Below, one piece after another: positions 39,452 through 51,827 of a DNA stretch of 64,000 bases. The notes under the pieces were generated by a model. It made no database searches. It worked only from the letters and a program-made list of their open reading frames with translations, and was not told where the DNA came from. The stretch comes from Podarcis gaigeae. Lineage: Eukaryota. The position numbers were made by a program, and so were the translations under genes. The number at the start of each line of letters is the position of its first letter. Position 1 is the stretch's first letter. The stretch lies in the NCBI GenBank assembly GCA_964106915.2, contig OZ066928.1; one strand, written 5' to 3'.

Positions 39452-39820
39452 AAGGTAAAGGTAAAGGTACCCCTGCCCGTAGGGGCCAGTCTTGCCAGAC
39501 TCTGGCAAGACTCTGTGCACCCATCTCACTCAAGAGGCCAGGGGCCAGCGCTGTCCGGAGACACTTCCGGGTCACGTGGCCAGCGTGACATCGCTGCTCT
39601 GGCGAGCCAGAGCTGCACACGGAAACGCCGTTTACCTTCCCGCTAGAAAGCGGTCCCTATTTATCTACTTGCACCCGAGGGTGCTTTCGAACTGCTAGGT
39701 TGGCAGGCGCTGGGACTGAGCAGCGGGAGCGCACCCTGCCGCAGGGATTCGAACCGCTGACCTTTCGATCGGCAAGCCCTAGGCGCTGAGGCATTTACCC
39801 ACAGCGCCACCCGCGTCCCG
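39452..39820 (-). mobile_element. Sauria SINE, young subfamily, with TSD
   Basis: 14-nt TSD cacatgagtgcata at 39438-39451 and 39821-39834; intact A and B boxes; (ACCTTT)n tail. Confidence 0.94.
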
Positions 39821-39846
39821 CACATGAGTGCATAGACCCTGACTAA

Positions 39847-40026
<180 letters not shown>

Positions 40027-40126
40027 TAAAATAATGCTGGAGTTGTTCATTGACCCAAGGGGGATGAGGGTTTTTTTGCTTTTAGTTATTGAAGGGGCCT
40101 CTTCTTCTATGCTTTTGCTTTATATC

Positions 40127-40369
40127 AAAAGGTAAGAAGGTAAAGGGATCCCTGACCATTAAGTCCAGTCACGGATGACTCTGGCGTTGCGGAGTTCATC
40201 TCTCTTTATTGGCCGAGGGAGCTGGCGTACAGCTTTTGGGTCATGTGGCCAGCATGACTGAGCCGCTTCTGGCAAACCAGAGCAGTGCACGGAAACGCCG
40301 TTTACCTTCCCGCCAGAGCGGTACCTATTTATGTACTTGCACTTTGACGTGCTTTCAAACTGCTAGGTT
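40127..40369 (-). mobile_element. Sauria SINE, older subfamily, 5'-truncated
   Basis: Same body as 26913-27253 but lacking the tRNA head. Confidence 0.88.
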
Positions 40370-40376
40370 CGAAGTA

Positions 40377-40740
40377 AAAAGGTAAAGGTAAAGGTACCCC
40401 TGCCCGTACGGGCCAGTCTTGACAGACTCTGGGGTTGTGCGCCCATCTCACTTAAGAGGCCAGGGGCCAGCGCTGTCCGGAGACACTTCCGGGTCACGTG
40501 GCCAGCGTGACATCGCTGCTCTGGCGAGCCAGAGCCGCACACGGAAACGCCGTTTACCTTCCCGCTGGTAAGCGGTCCCTATTTATCTACTTGCACCCGG
40601 AGGTGCTTTCGAACTGCTAGGTTGGCAGGCGCTGGGACCGAGCAGCGGGAGCGCACCCCGCCGCAGGGATTCGAACCGCCGACCTTTCGATCGGCAAGTC
40701 CTAGGCGCTGAGGCTTTAACCCACAGCGCCACCTGCGTCC
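40377..40740 (-). mobile_element. Sauria SINE, young subfamily, inserted at the 5' junction of the older copy
   Basis: TSD ctaggttcgaagta at 40363-40376 and 40741-40754. Confidence 0.94.
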
Positions 40741-41377
40741 CTAGGTTCGAAGTAGCTGCCTGTAAATATTAATATAGGTTAAAGAACAGATGAAAAAACC
40801 ACCACTGGGTTCGAAGCTTATTAAATGGAAATGCATTGTAGCAACAGCGTTTGGGGAGCAATTTTTGCTTTGAGCCCTACCCCCCCAAAAAGCCCCAACA
40901 CCTGTTGGATTTGTTTCTGTTTTTCCCCTATCAGGGCCCCAAAGCCTAATTCAACAGGCAGAAAAAAGCTTTAACTGTAGTATTTAATGTTGCTTTCAAT
41001 GAAACAACATTACATGTTAAGGAACGCTGTATAGCTCAGTGCTGGAACATCTGTTTTGCACACAGAAGTTACCCAGGTTTGGTCCCTAGCGTATTCAAGG
41101 TAAAACTCAGAAAGACTCCTCAGAGAGCTTCTGCCAGTCAGTGTAGACAACACTGAGCTAAATGGACCCAATGGCTTGACTCTGTATCAGGCAGCTTCCT
41201 GTGCTCCTGCAGTTTGCTAGCATAGGGTTCAAGATCAACCAGACAGTATTTTTAAAAACAACAACAACAATGGTCTAGCATTTTCATTTGAACCACTGCA
41301 CAAATAACCCCTTTGTGGGGAAAGGCAGTGGGTAAAGGAACAGCCAGCAATTTTGGGCTTCAGTAATTTAGCTACAA

Positions 41378-41535
41378 GGGATGCAGGTGGCACTGTGGTT
41401 CGCCAGAAGCGGCTCAGTCCTGCTGGCCACATGACCCGGAAGCTGTACGCCGGCTCCCTCAGCCAATAAAGCGAGATGAGTGCCACAGCCCCAGAGTCAT
41501 TCGTGACTGGACCTAATGGTCAGGGGTCTCTTGAC
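41378..41535 (+). mobile_element. Sauria SINE with large internal deletion
   Basis: Starts gggatgcaggtggcactgtggtt, then jumps to cgccagaagcggctcagtc...ggacctaatggtcagggg. Confidence 0.85.
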
Positions 41536-41640
41536 TAATTTAGATACAGTGCACCTGACCACCCATGGAGGGGACAGCTCTAGGCAAGGGATAACGGTAT
41601 GAAAGGGATCCCTTCTGACTTGAGCCTCTTCTGTCTTCAG

Positions 41641-41806
41641 GAAAACCTGAACTTGGCCTTGAACTCGGCCTCTGCCATTGGGTGTCATGTGGTCAACATT
41701 GGAGCAGAAGATTTGAGGGAAGGGAAACCACATCTGGTTCTAGGGCTTCTGTGGCAGATCATCAAGATTGGCTTGTTTGCAGACATAGAACTCAGCAGAA
41801 ATGAAG
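41641..41806 (+). CDS. PLS3: PLS3 coding exon 6 ([55 protein letters not shown])
   Basis: cag/gtaag boundaries, 166 nt, CH1 signature. Confidence 0.98.
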
Positions 41807-42879
41807 GTAAGCCAAAGGCTGCCCTCTCTTCCCATCCGGATGACGGACTAAGAACTACCCAGCAAAAGTCACTGCTGGACCCAGCCACCCTCTTATTTTC
41901 CTTTGAGCAGGCCAGTGTTTTGCATTTCGTTGTCATCACTGCTGCTGCTGTTTTGGAAAGAGGCTGGCCCCTATTTGTGGGAGTGAGCAAGCCAGTAAGA
42001 TGCCATGGTTAGAACACTGGTGTTTTTGCCACAGTTAGGGTATCCCTAAGGTGTTTTAAGCTATCCAGGTGCAGTCCCCAAAACTTCCCAGGTGGGACTA
42101 AGAAATCCTCCTGCTTGAAACCCTGGAGGTCCTCTGTCAGCCAGTGTAGACTAGGTGTGGAGACCCTTTTACCCTCTAGATGTCGCTGAAGGACAGCTCT
42201 CATCATCCTGGGCTGTGCTTGTTGAGGCTGATGGAAGTTGTAGTTCACAGAATCATAGCATTGTAGAATTGGTAGGGACTCCAAGGGTCCTCTAGTCCAA
42301 CTCCCTGCAACACAAGGATCACCACTAAAGCATTCTTTAGTGATGATGGCCATTCAACCTCTGCTTAACAATCTCCAAGAAGGAAAGTCCACAACCTCTT
42401 GAGGGAGACTGAGCTAATATAGACAGATTCTATATAAGGCAGTTCCCTATGATAAGTGGAGGGTCAAAGTTGTGTTTCCTGCAGAAAGTCCCAGATTCAG
42501 TCTATCACATATCCAGGTGGAGAACTCTGGATTCTGTAGTTGGGGACAGAAAGCATAGCTCAATAGTGCCAGAGAAGGGCCATAGCTCAGTGGCAGAGCA
42601 CCTGATTTGCATGCAGCAGATCTCAGATTCCATCTCCAATGGCATCTCCATTCAAGCATCTCCCTGCTTGAAACTCTGGAGAGCCTCTGCCAGTCAGTGT
42701 AGGCAGTACTGAGCTAGATGGATCAAGGGCCTCATTCAGTATTAAGACAACTTACTTCCTCCCTTAACCAAATGTGATTATGCCCCTCTTAAATAGCTTC
42801 GTTTGGGAGGAACGAAATGCAAACCTAGCCTCTCCCAATGGTGCTCTCCAACATCCATGACCCCGTCCTTTTGTTTCAG

Positions 42880-43022
42880 CCTTGGCTGCCTTGCTCCGAG
42901 ATGGGGAGACTTTGGAAGACCTGATGAAGTTGTCTCCAGAGGAGCTGCTCTTGAGGTGGGCCAACTTCCACCTGGAAAATGCTGGGTGGCACAAGATCAA
43001 CAACTTCAGCTCAGAGATCAAG
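42880..43022 (+). CDS. PLS3: PLS3 coding exon 7 ([48 protein letters not shown])
   Basis: cag/gtatc boundaries, 143 nt. Confidence 0.97.
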
Positions 43023-43885
43023 GTATCTGTGGGGCTGGAGACAGTGGGGTGCCTTGTCTAAGCAATAAAGAAATGGGCTACAACTGATGTTCTGACTGCC
43101 TTGCAATGATCCCACCTTAAACATCTGGCTACAGGCATAGTTCTCGCTTTGTACAGAGAACGCAAACAGTGGGGGAGAATTTCACGCCCATCTCTTCCGG
43201 GTTGAGGGGTTTTGCCGAGGCTGCCTGGTCTGAGGGCCCTTGAAATCATGTTAACTTTTCAACTAGGGAGGAGCATACCTGTGACGCTCTAGCTTTTATG
43301 GGGCTCTCGCCTTCCCTAACCAACATGGCCAATGGCCAATGGCCAAACGGCCTTCTGTGTGCTGTTCATGAGGCAGAAACAATGGCAAGATTTAAACATT
43401 GCCTAAAGACCCATCTATTGAAGCAGGCATTCCCAGACTCAACAGATGCATTTATTGATATTCAACATAATATTAAACCAGTAGCTTCTCTGCTTTTACC
43501 AATGTATTTCTTTGTAATTTTGGTTTTAAATGTTCATACATATTTATTTTTATTTTTAAAAACCACCTTACTGTGCTTTATGTAAGCCACTTGAGGATTT
43601 TGCACATTAAGTGGTATATAAATATTACTGAGGGTGAGGATAATGAATTATTCCTACAGATCTTGCTGTAGCTTTGGGAGTGGGAGGCACCCCCTCCCAA
43701 AAAGCTGGATTATCTACTGGGGAATATTCCCTGGTTTTTGGAATTGAAACTATTTTCCACTGGTTCCCATCTAACCACCTTACTTCTCTTCTCTCTTTCT
43801 CTCATGCTTCCTGGATTTCTGCTGTCCTTCTTTCGCTCTCTTGCCTTCCTTTCTCTCCCCCTCCCCTTGCTTTTATTTTTGCAAG

Positions 43886-43912
43886 CTCACTGACTTCAGT
43901 AACTCTGTTAAG
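43886..43912 (+). CDS. PLS3: PLS3 27-nt alternative microexon (LTDFSNSVK), phase 0/0
   Basis: gcaag|ctcactgacttcagtaactctgttaag|gtatc; frame-preserving; preceded by a ~100-nt pyrimidine tract and ctaac at 43771. Confidence 0.8.
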
Positions 43913-44043
43913 GTATCAAAGCAATGTGTACCTCCTCAGTGTTTTAACTAATTTAATGGTGCCCGGTCTTGTATGTGTCTTCTGCCTTGCAGTAGGCAAA
44001 CCAATGGCTGACTCTCTTCTTCCTCGTTTTTGGTCTGCTCCAG

Positions 44044-44139
44044 GACTCCAGAGCATACTACCATCTCCTCAACCAAATTGCACCCAAGGGACAGAAGGAA
44101 GGGGAGCCGCAAATTGACATCAACATGTCTGGCTTCAGT
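44044..44139 (+). CDS. PLS3: PLS3 coding exon 8 ([32 protein letters not shown])
   Basis: cag/gtaagt boundaries, 96 nt. Confidence 0.97.
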
Positions 44140-44629
44140 GTAAGTCATCCCCATTCTTGGGCTGCTACAAATCTCTTTAGCATCGGGACATTATAGTTGC
44201 CTGGCTTTTGGTTAATTTAAAACACCAGATGCTGTTGAAAGAAAGTGGCACCTTCCCACTGAATTTTGCATGGGCAGCCCCATGTAGAACCCGGGTCTTC
44301 TCCATGCATAGCAGTTGCTTTATAGCCCTTCCCCTACCATACAAAGCTGCCTTCTACTGATTCAGACTGTTGGTCCATCTGGCTCACTATTGCCTACACT
44401 GACTTGCAGTCTCCAGAGTTTTAGGCTTTGCAGCACTACTTGGAGATGCTGGGGACTGAACCTTCATGCAAGGCAAGTGTCCTAACACTGAGCTGTGGAC
44501 CTCCCCACCCCAGCTTGTTTTGTTGGTGGTGGGTGGTGAAGAGGGCGAGCCCTGAACATGTGGGATTGGGCAATTGGTCTGCTAATCACCACTGCCCTGT
44601 GATGCGGTTGAAGAAGGTCCTCTTGATAG

Positions 44630-44995
<366 letters not shown>

Positions 44996-45309
44996 TAGAG
45001 AGGTGGACAGCTGCAGGTGCTTTTCTCTCTCCTGCACATGCACATTTTCTTATGTTCAAAAGTTATGCAGGGGGCAACTGGGAAGAAGACATTTCCTGGA
45101 GACTCACATGGTGTGTTCACAACTCTCTCTCTCAGAAACCATGCTGCCCTGTTCTGCCCAAGCTTTGCAGATTTTTAAGGATTAAATGGATTTTTTCTCG
45201 TATACTTGGATAACTTTAATTTTCGCTGTGGTTGCATTAAAGGTTTTCTGATATTTAACTTTTTAAGCTGCCTTCAGTGTTGTTGTTGTTTTGTAAAAGG
45301 GGCACCTAA

Positions 45310-45423
<114 letters not shown>

Positions 45424-46110
45424 TAAGTAGCAGGCTCACTGCCTGCCTTGTTTGGAGCAATCGGTTTCTGATGCATAGAAGGGGAGCGCCCATTGTCCCT
45501 GACCATTGGGCTTGCTGGCTGGTGGTGATGAAGTCCTTCTGCATCTGGGGAGCCACAGAGGGTTTTCATCCCTGCTGGAACCTACAGGTGACTCTACACA
45601 TGTGGGGGTTATGTTCTGGGGCCCTGTGCATGAAATCGTGTAAAATGGGGAGCACCCTCTAAATGCCCTTTCAACGCCCTCTCTGCCACTTCCTCTTCAA
45701 TCCTTACCAAAAATACTGTATCCAAAAATATCCACAACTAGAATTGAAGCTCTAGGGAGAAAGCCGCTGCTGCTGTGCTGCCCCACACACCGGTTGTTAG
45801 GTGGGGAGGTCGAGCAGTATAAACAAAGCCTCAGTGCCTCCAGTCTCTTCGGGGCTTCCTCCTTCCTCACATGTCCTTTTTGCGCTCTGGGGAGGGTCTC
45901 TTCATGAGCCACGAAGACTCCAGCTCTCGCCCACCTTTTCTGGGTTTGAATTGAGCTATTTAATTATTTCCTGGCACTGCGTGTATGCCCAGTTGTGTGT
46001 GAGTCGAATGCATGTAACTCCGGCAGGGGTTGTGTCTGTATTTTAAATATTGAGCTGGTTTTGCTTTAAAAAGAAAATGTCCCATGTGGCAAAAACACAT
46101 CAACTATTAA

Positions 46111-46275
<165 letters not shown>

Positions 46276-46966
46276 TAGAAACGGTTTTGTACAAATTCAG
46301 GGTTCAGATTCAGTTCACATCACAGACGGACAGAGCCTGCTGCCTCCCCCACCTCCCCAGCTTGCATAATTGTGTTCTACAGCACACAGAACACCTGGCA
46401 GCTGTGCCTGGCAGGAGTGGAGCAAGCATCACAACAAAGATTCTTCCCAGGAAGGTTTGCCCATAATTGCTGTTTCCATGGAGGAAGGGAAGGGAAGGGC
46501 TGTAACTCAGCAGAAGAGCACCTGCTTTTTCAGTGGTGGTTCCCCAATTTGTGGAATGCCTTCGCTAGTGAGGCGCACCTGTCTCCATTATTCTTAACAT
46601 TCAGGAGGAATTAAAAAACTTTCCTTCTTACTCAGGCATTTGGGAGCTGGGGAATATTGTTCCAAGTAACCCCAAGATTTTTCTATTTATTCATGGAATC
46701 TGTATCCCTCCTTTTTCTCCAAGGAGCTCAAAGTGTCAGACATTGTCCTCCTCCTCCTTGTTTTAACCCCCACAGCAACCCTGTGCAGTAGATTAGGCTG
46801 AGAGGCAGTGACTGGCCCCCAAAATCACCATGTGAGAGCTTCATGGCTGAGTGGGGATTAGAACCCTGGTCTCCCAGGTCCTAGCCTGAGATACTTAACT
46901 GCAGGTGGGACTGCACCATAGTAGGCCAGCTGGATTGCGTCAGTATAAGGCAGATCACACAATCTA

Positions 46967-46969
<3 letters not shown>

Positions 46970-47014
<45 letters not shown>

Positions 47015-47052
47015 CCTCCCTCCCTCCCTCCCTCCCTCCCTCCCTCCCTCTC
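46970..47052. repeat. (CT)n(CCCT)n pyrimidine microsatellite forming the polypyrimidine tract of coding exon 12
   Basis: Read directly; ctaac lies just upstream (~46964). Confidence 0.9.
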
Positions 47053-47080
47053 CACAATTTCCCCCTTTCCCCACGAGCAG

Positions 47081-47214
47081 CTGGAAAATTGCAATTATGC
47101 CGTCGACCTAGGGAAGCATCCGGCAAAGTTCTCCCTGGTTGGCATTGGCGGGCAAGACCTCAATGACTGCAACCCAACTCTCACGCTGGCTGTAGTGTGG
47201 CAGCTGATGAGAAG
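47081..47214 (+). CDS. PLS3: PLS3 coding exon 12 ([45 protein letters not shown])
   Basis: gagcag/gtatc boundaries, 134 nt. Confidence 0.97.
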
Positions 47215-47793
47215 GTATCATTGAGCTTTAGTTTTTGACGTGTGCAAATGCTTCCTTGTAGGACGAAGGCCTTGGTGTGGGCTGCCCACAGGGCTTCCAC
47301 TGTGGGCAAACGTTTCAGAAAAGGCTTGGGGCCTTTTGTGTCTGGTGTGGTTGCTTTTGCTGTTGTTAACCCAGCTTCTGCTCTCACACGGAAAAACAAA
47401 GAAGGTCCACTGGTGCAGCTTCTTTCTTCCCCCCCCCCTTTTTTTAAAGAAAAAGGGAAATAAAAAATTGTTTGCTTATTCATGTGGAAAATTAGGGTCT
47501 GGAAATAATTTGAAGCCCCAGCTATAAGGGAATGACTATGGAAATGTCTTGAATTAGGAAAAATTGACAAATCAAGAGTTGACAACCCCACAGCATATTG
47601 AGGACCCCCCCCCTCCTGATTTAGCCCAAGGCCTGCAACTCTTGTCCCTAGTTATCCTAGGAAGACTTCTGAGAAGTTTTTTCTTGCTCATTAGCCACCT
47701 TTTCACTGCTAAACCCCAAGCAGGTTATTTTATTTGGAAGTTCTCCTCTGTCTTTTGTGATGAACAATGATATCTCCCTTTTCCTGCTCCTAG

Positions 47794-47917
47794 ATATACT
47801 CTGAACGTCCTAGAGGATCTTGGAGATGGTCAGAAGGCAAATGATGACATTATCGTAAGCTGGGTAAACAAGACCTTGGCAGAAGCTGGGAAATCGAGCT
47901 CTATCCAGAGCTTTAAG
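47794..47917 (+). CDS. PLS3: PLS3 coding exon 13 ([41 protein letters not shown])
   Basis: tag/gtgca boundaries, 124 nt. Confidence 0.97.
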
Positions 47918-48573
47918 GTGCAAAGCATTCCTCTCTCTTTCTTTTAAAATGGGTATTGGATTTCTTGCCTTTATTCTAGCATAAATATTCCTGAAATGGT
48001 GCAGCCTGGTATTTTTAGGTGGGTGTGTCTGTAGCCACATTCTGGGCCTGAGGCCATCCTGACAGGGAAAAACAGGAAGCTTCTCTTGTGGAATAATTTT
48101 CCCCATGCAGACACCTCTCTGACAGTGAGCAGTTTGCTAGCTTCTTCTAAATCTTCCATCATCCACAAATAACTTAGGCCTTGTTCTAACTGATGTCTGT
48201 GAGACTTCAGGCTGTCATTAGTATCTGGGTGTGAGCTGCTGCCGTGAGTTCTTGTTCCTCCATTTAAACATCTCCCTGCTTGTAGATAAGGAGGCTACAC
48301 TCAAACTATCCTCTGTGACAAGCTACTGCTCTTTATTTATTTATGGAGGTGCAGTCCACCAATTGAGTGGCCACCATCTGTAGTCTGGTTCACTGGTTCA
48401 TAGTTCTGCACGGTTCTCAATGCTACAGAGCTGCACTAGTGCTGATCCTAACTCAGGGTAAACTGATTGAAATTAATGGGCGTGGCTAACCGAGATGGTT
48501 TAATTTCACTGGAACTGCACTTGAGTGAGTAGCTGGACTTAGCTGGATGCAGCCTGTAGATACTGAATATCAG

Positions 48574-48707
48574 CAGGGCTTCCTTTCAGCCAGAACTCAC
48601 CAAATCTCAGCTCCGGTTCCTTTCTGGTGGGTGCCATTGCCATTCTAAGAGAACAAGGGAGATATTCATGGGGAGTTCTGGTACCTCTTTTTCTAGAAAA
48701 ACCACTG
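48574..48707. mobile_element. hAT MITE
   Basis: 8-bp TSD aatatcag at 48566-48573 and 48708-48715. A related copy lies at ~52718-52880. Confidence 0.8.
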
Positions 48708-48842
48708 AATATCAGGTTGTATGGCAGATTCTTAGAGATGATTAAACACCCACAAGAGATTTTTGTAGATCTCAAGAAAGAAATATTGATTATTCCCAAG
48801 TGTAAGAGCTGCTGTTTGTTCCATTGCATTGGTTTTTCCCTT

Positions 48843-49602
48843 GTGTGGAGGACTCCCTGGTCCTGAATGGGGTAACTGTGCCCCTGAAGGACCAGGGGCA
48901 CAGCCTCGGAGTCATTCTGGACTCACAGCTGTCCATGGAGGCACAGGTCAATTCTGTGTCCTGGCAGCTGTTTACCAGCTCCATCTGGTACGCGGGATGA
49001 GACCCTACCTGCCCACAGAGTGTCTCGCCAGAGTGGTGCATGCTCTGGTTATCTCTCGCTTGGACTACTCCAGTGCGCTCTATGTGGAGCTACCTTTGAA
49101 GGTGACCTGGAAACTACAACTAATCCAAAATGCGGCAGCTAGACTGGTGACTGGGAGCGGCCACCAAGACCACATAACATCAGTCTTGAAAGACCTACAC
49201 TGGCTCCCTGTACGTTTCCGAGCACAATTCAAAGTGTTCGTGCTGACCTTTAAAGCCCTAAATGGCCTCGGTCCAGTATACCTGAAGGAGTGTCTCCACC
49301 CCCATTGTTCTGCCCGGACACTGAGGTCCAGCGCCGAGGGCCTTCTGGCGGTTCCCTCCCTGCAAGAAGCAAAGTTACAGGAAACCAGGCAGAGGGCCTT
49401 CTCAGTAGTGGCACCCGCCCTGTGGAATGCCCTCCCACCAGATGTCAAAGAGAAAAACAACTACCAGATTTTTAGAAGACATCTGAAGGCAGCCCTGTTT
49501 AGGGAAGCTTTTAATGTTTAACAGATTATTGTATTTTAATATTTTGTTGGAAGCCGCCCAGTTTGGCTGGGGAAACCCAGCCAGATGGGTGGGGTATAAA
49601 TA

Positions 49603-49650
<48 letters not shown>
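48843..49650 (+). mobile_element. L2 LINE 3' fragment with (TTA)n tail
   Basis: ORF 48829-49521 contains ISRLDY, LQLIQNAAARLVTG, LHWLPVRFRAQFK and RAFSVVAPALWNALP. Confidence 0.93.
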
Positions 49651-49651
<1 letters not shown>

Positions 49652-49747
49652 CAATTCAACTGTGTGTGTTCTATGTATGAATTGTCTGTCACCCGCTTCC
49701 TCAAATTTTAAATTACGTTAACATACTGCCCCCCTTCTCTCATCTAG

Positions 49748-49872
49748 GACAAGAGTATTAGCAGCAGCTTAGCCGTTGTGGACTTAATTGATGCCATTCA
49801 ACCTGGCTGTATAAATTATGATCTTGTGAAGACAGGAGATCTGTCAGAGGAAGATAAACACAGTAATGCCAA
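49748..49872 (+). CDS. PLS3: PLS3 coding exon 14 ([42 protein letters not shown])
   Basis: tag/gtaag boundaries, 125 nt. Confidence 0.97.
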
Positions 49873-50545
49873 GTAAGCCTCTTTCCTTCTTCTTCAGTGT
49901 CCTATTTTTTTTAGCATTCTACCAAATGTATTCTCATTTGAAACTCTGGCTCCAGGTCTAGTGTGCAGACCTCATAGTCCAAAAACATATGCTGACCCCA
50001 GAATTTTTGCTTTCAGGATTCCACATTTAAAGCACATGACTCCCTGCAAAGAATCCTAGTTGAACTGCGGAACTCACTCCCACAGGAGGCAGTGAGGGTC
50101 GCAAACTAGGTGGCTTTAAAAAGGGGATTTGGCAAATTCACAGAGAAATTTGGAGCTGTCCGTGGCTACTAGCCGTGGTGCTCAGTCTCCCACTTGGGGG
50201 CAGCAGTGCTTCTGAATGGCAGTTGCTGGAAGCAGCAGGAGGGGAAGGGGCTCTTGCGATCGGGTCTTGTTTGTGTTCTTCCAACGGGGTACCTGGTTAG
50301 CCACTGTAAGAACAGGACGCACAACTAGAAGGGCCTCTGGCCTGATCCCGAAGGGGTCTGCTTCTGTAATTTGTTGTGGTTCCTGGGAATTGTAGCTCTG
50401 TGAAGGGGAAACTACAATTCCAAGGATTCCTAGGAGGGTGAAATCATGTGCTTTAAATGTGTGCTGGATGTGCTTTCATGTATGTTGTGGATCTGCCCAT
50501 AGTTGGTAAAATGGGGAAAACTATTCTTTGACAGTCTCAGACCCC

Positions 50546-50910
50546 CAGGGCCAGATTTAGGTTTGATGATTTAGGTTTGATGAGGCCCTAAGCTACTGAA
50601 GGTAATGGAGCCTCTTATATGTCCAGCTGTCCTTTGTCAACAACAAATTGTCACTGTTTTTTGTGTTGAATATATGCTATATGGTAATTGATGGACCTAA
50701 TAGGTATCTAAAGCCATTTGCACATAACAAATAGGAGCCTACACAACACAAAACACTGTTGCTGTATGTAGGTTTTATTTTATTCATTTTTTATCTTATA
50801 TTTTGGAAATGTACATCCAGGGGTTTTTTTTGTTTAATTTTTTTGGGTGGCCCCAAGAGAGTGGGGCCCTAAGCTATAGCTTGTTTAGCTTATACGTAAA
50901 TCCGGCACTG
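50546..50910. mobile_element. hAT MITE
   Basis: TIRs cagggccagattta / taaatccggcactg; 8-bp TSD cagacccc at 50538-50545 and 50911-50918. Confidence 0.87.
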
Positions 50911-51031
50911 CAGACCCCACATGATTGGGTGTAGATCTCTTCCTCCTCCTCCTCCTCCTCCTCCTCCTCCTCCATTGTGGTCAAGTGGCAAAAGGGTTCA
51001 AGACACCTGACATCCCTTCATTTGCTCCTAG

Positions 51032-51164
51032 GTATGCCGTGTCAATGGCTAGGAGAATCGGGGCCCGTGTGTATGCTCTCCCCGAGGACCTGGTGGAGGT
51101 GAAACCCAAGATGGTAATGACAGTGTTTGCCTGCTTGATGGGCCGAGGAATGAAGAGAGTTTAA
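51032..51164 (+). CDS. PLS3: PLS3 last coding exon ([43 protein letters not shown])
   Basis: tag acceptor and TAA at 51162-51164. The C-terminus is identical to plastin-3; the summed CDS is 1893 nt. Confidence 0.98.
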
Positions 51165-51270
51165 GAGTCCAAGCACCAAAACCAAAGCACCCAGACCAAT
51201 CCACCCCCACCCCCACCCGTTTGTGTCTTGCAAGAGCAGCTGATTCCAGAGGGAACGGCTGCCAGCTTCT

Positions 51271-51271
<1 letters not shown>

Positions 51272-51304
<33 letters not shown>
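51272..51304 (+). repeat. (CAG)11 in the PLS3 3'UTR
   Basis: Counted directly; followed by caacaa. Confidence 0.93.
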
Positions 51305-51309
<5 letters not shown>

Positions 51310-51821
51310 AAAGAACTTTTGGTGTGGTTTTTGTTTTGTTTTGTTTTGTTTTTAAAGGGGAACTCTCCATTTTGTCCTGCAAAAGGCAGGAATGTGATGA
51401 GAATTCTCAGAGAAAGAGATGGGGGGAGCGTTAACCAGCCACAAGAGCTCTCTTCCCCCAGAGTTTTTTTTTTAAGAAAGGTTTGTTTTCTCAAGTGCCT
51501 GCAAGAAAGCATTTGGATATTTTTGTGGAGCAAACTGCTGGGCTGGCAGCTGAGGTTTCCATGCTTAGATGCTCCGTTCTTTAGTGGGCTGTCAGAGCTG
51601 GCTGGCATCAGTCCTTAATAGTGATGCATCTCACTCTTCTGTCTTAACAAAGGGGGGGGGGAGTCTAGTTCTTATTTTATTTCAGGTGGTCTTAGAATGT
51701 GTGACATCATTGAGTTTCCATTGAATTTTTGCTGAAGTTTCATTGAGGCAAAGTCAGTAACCAGAACTGTGTGTTACCCCAGGCCCAAAAAGAATGAAAG
51801 AAAGGATTCTACATCTTGGCT

Positions 51822-51827
51822 AATAAA
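51822..51827 (+). terminator. Candidate PLS3 polyadenylation signal (alternatives AATAAA at 52965 and ~53129)
   Basis: First AATAAA I found after the stop codon; actual usage unknown. Confidence 0.35.

Noticed and set aside
51042-51618. Poly-Ala/poly-Ser ORFs overlapping the PLS3 3'UTR
   Set aside because: By-products of the CAG and GTTTT repeats; no domain or splice support.
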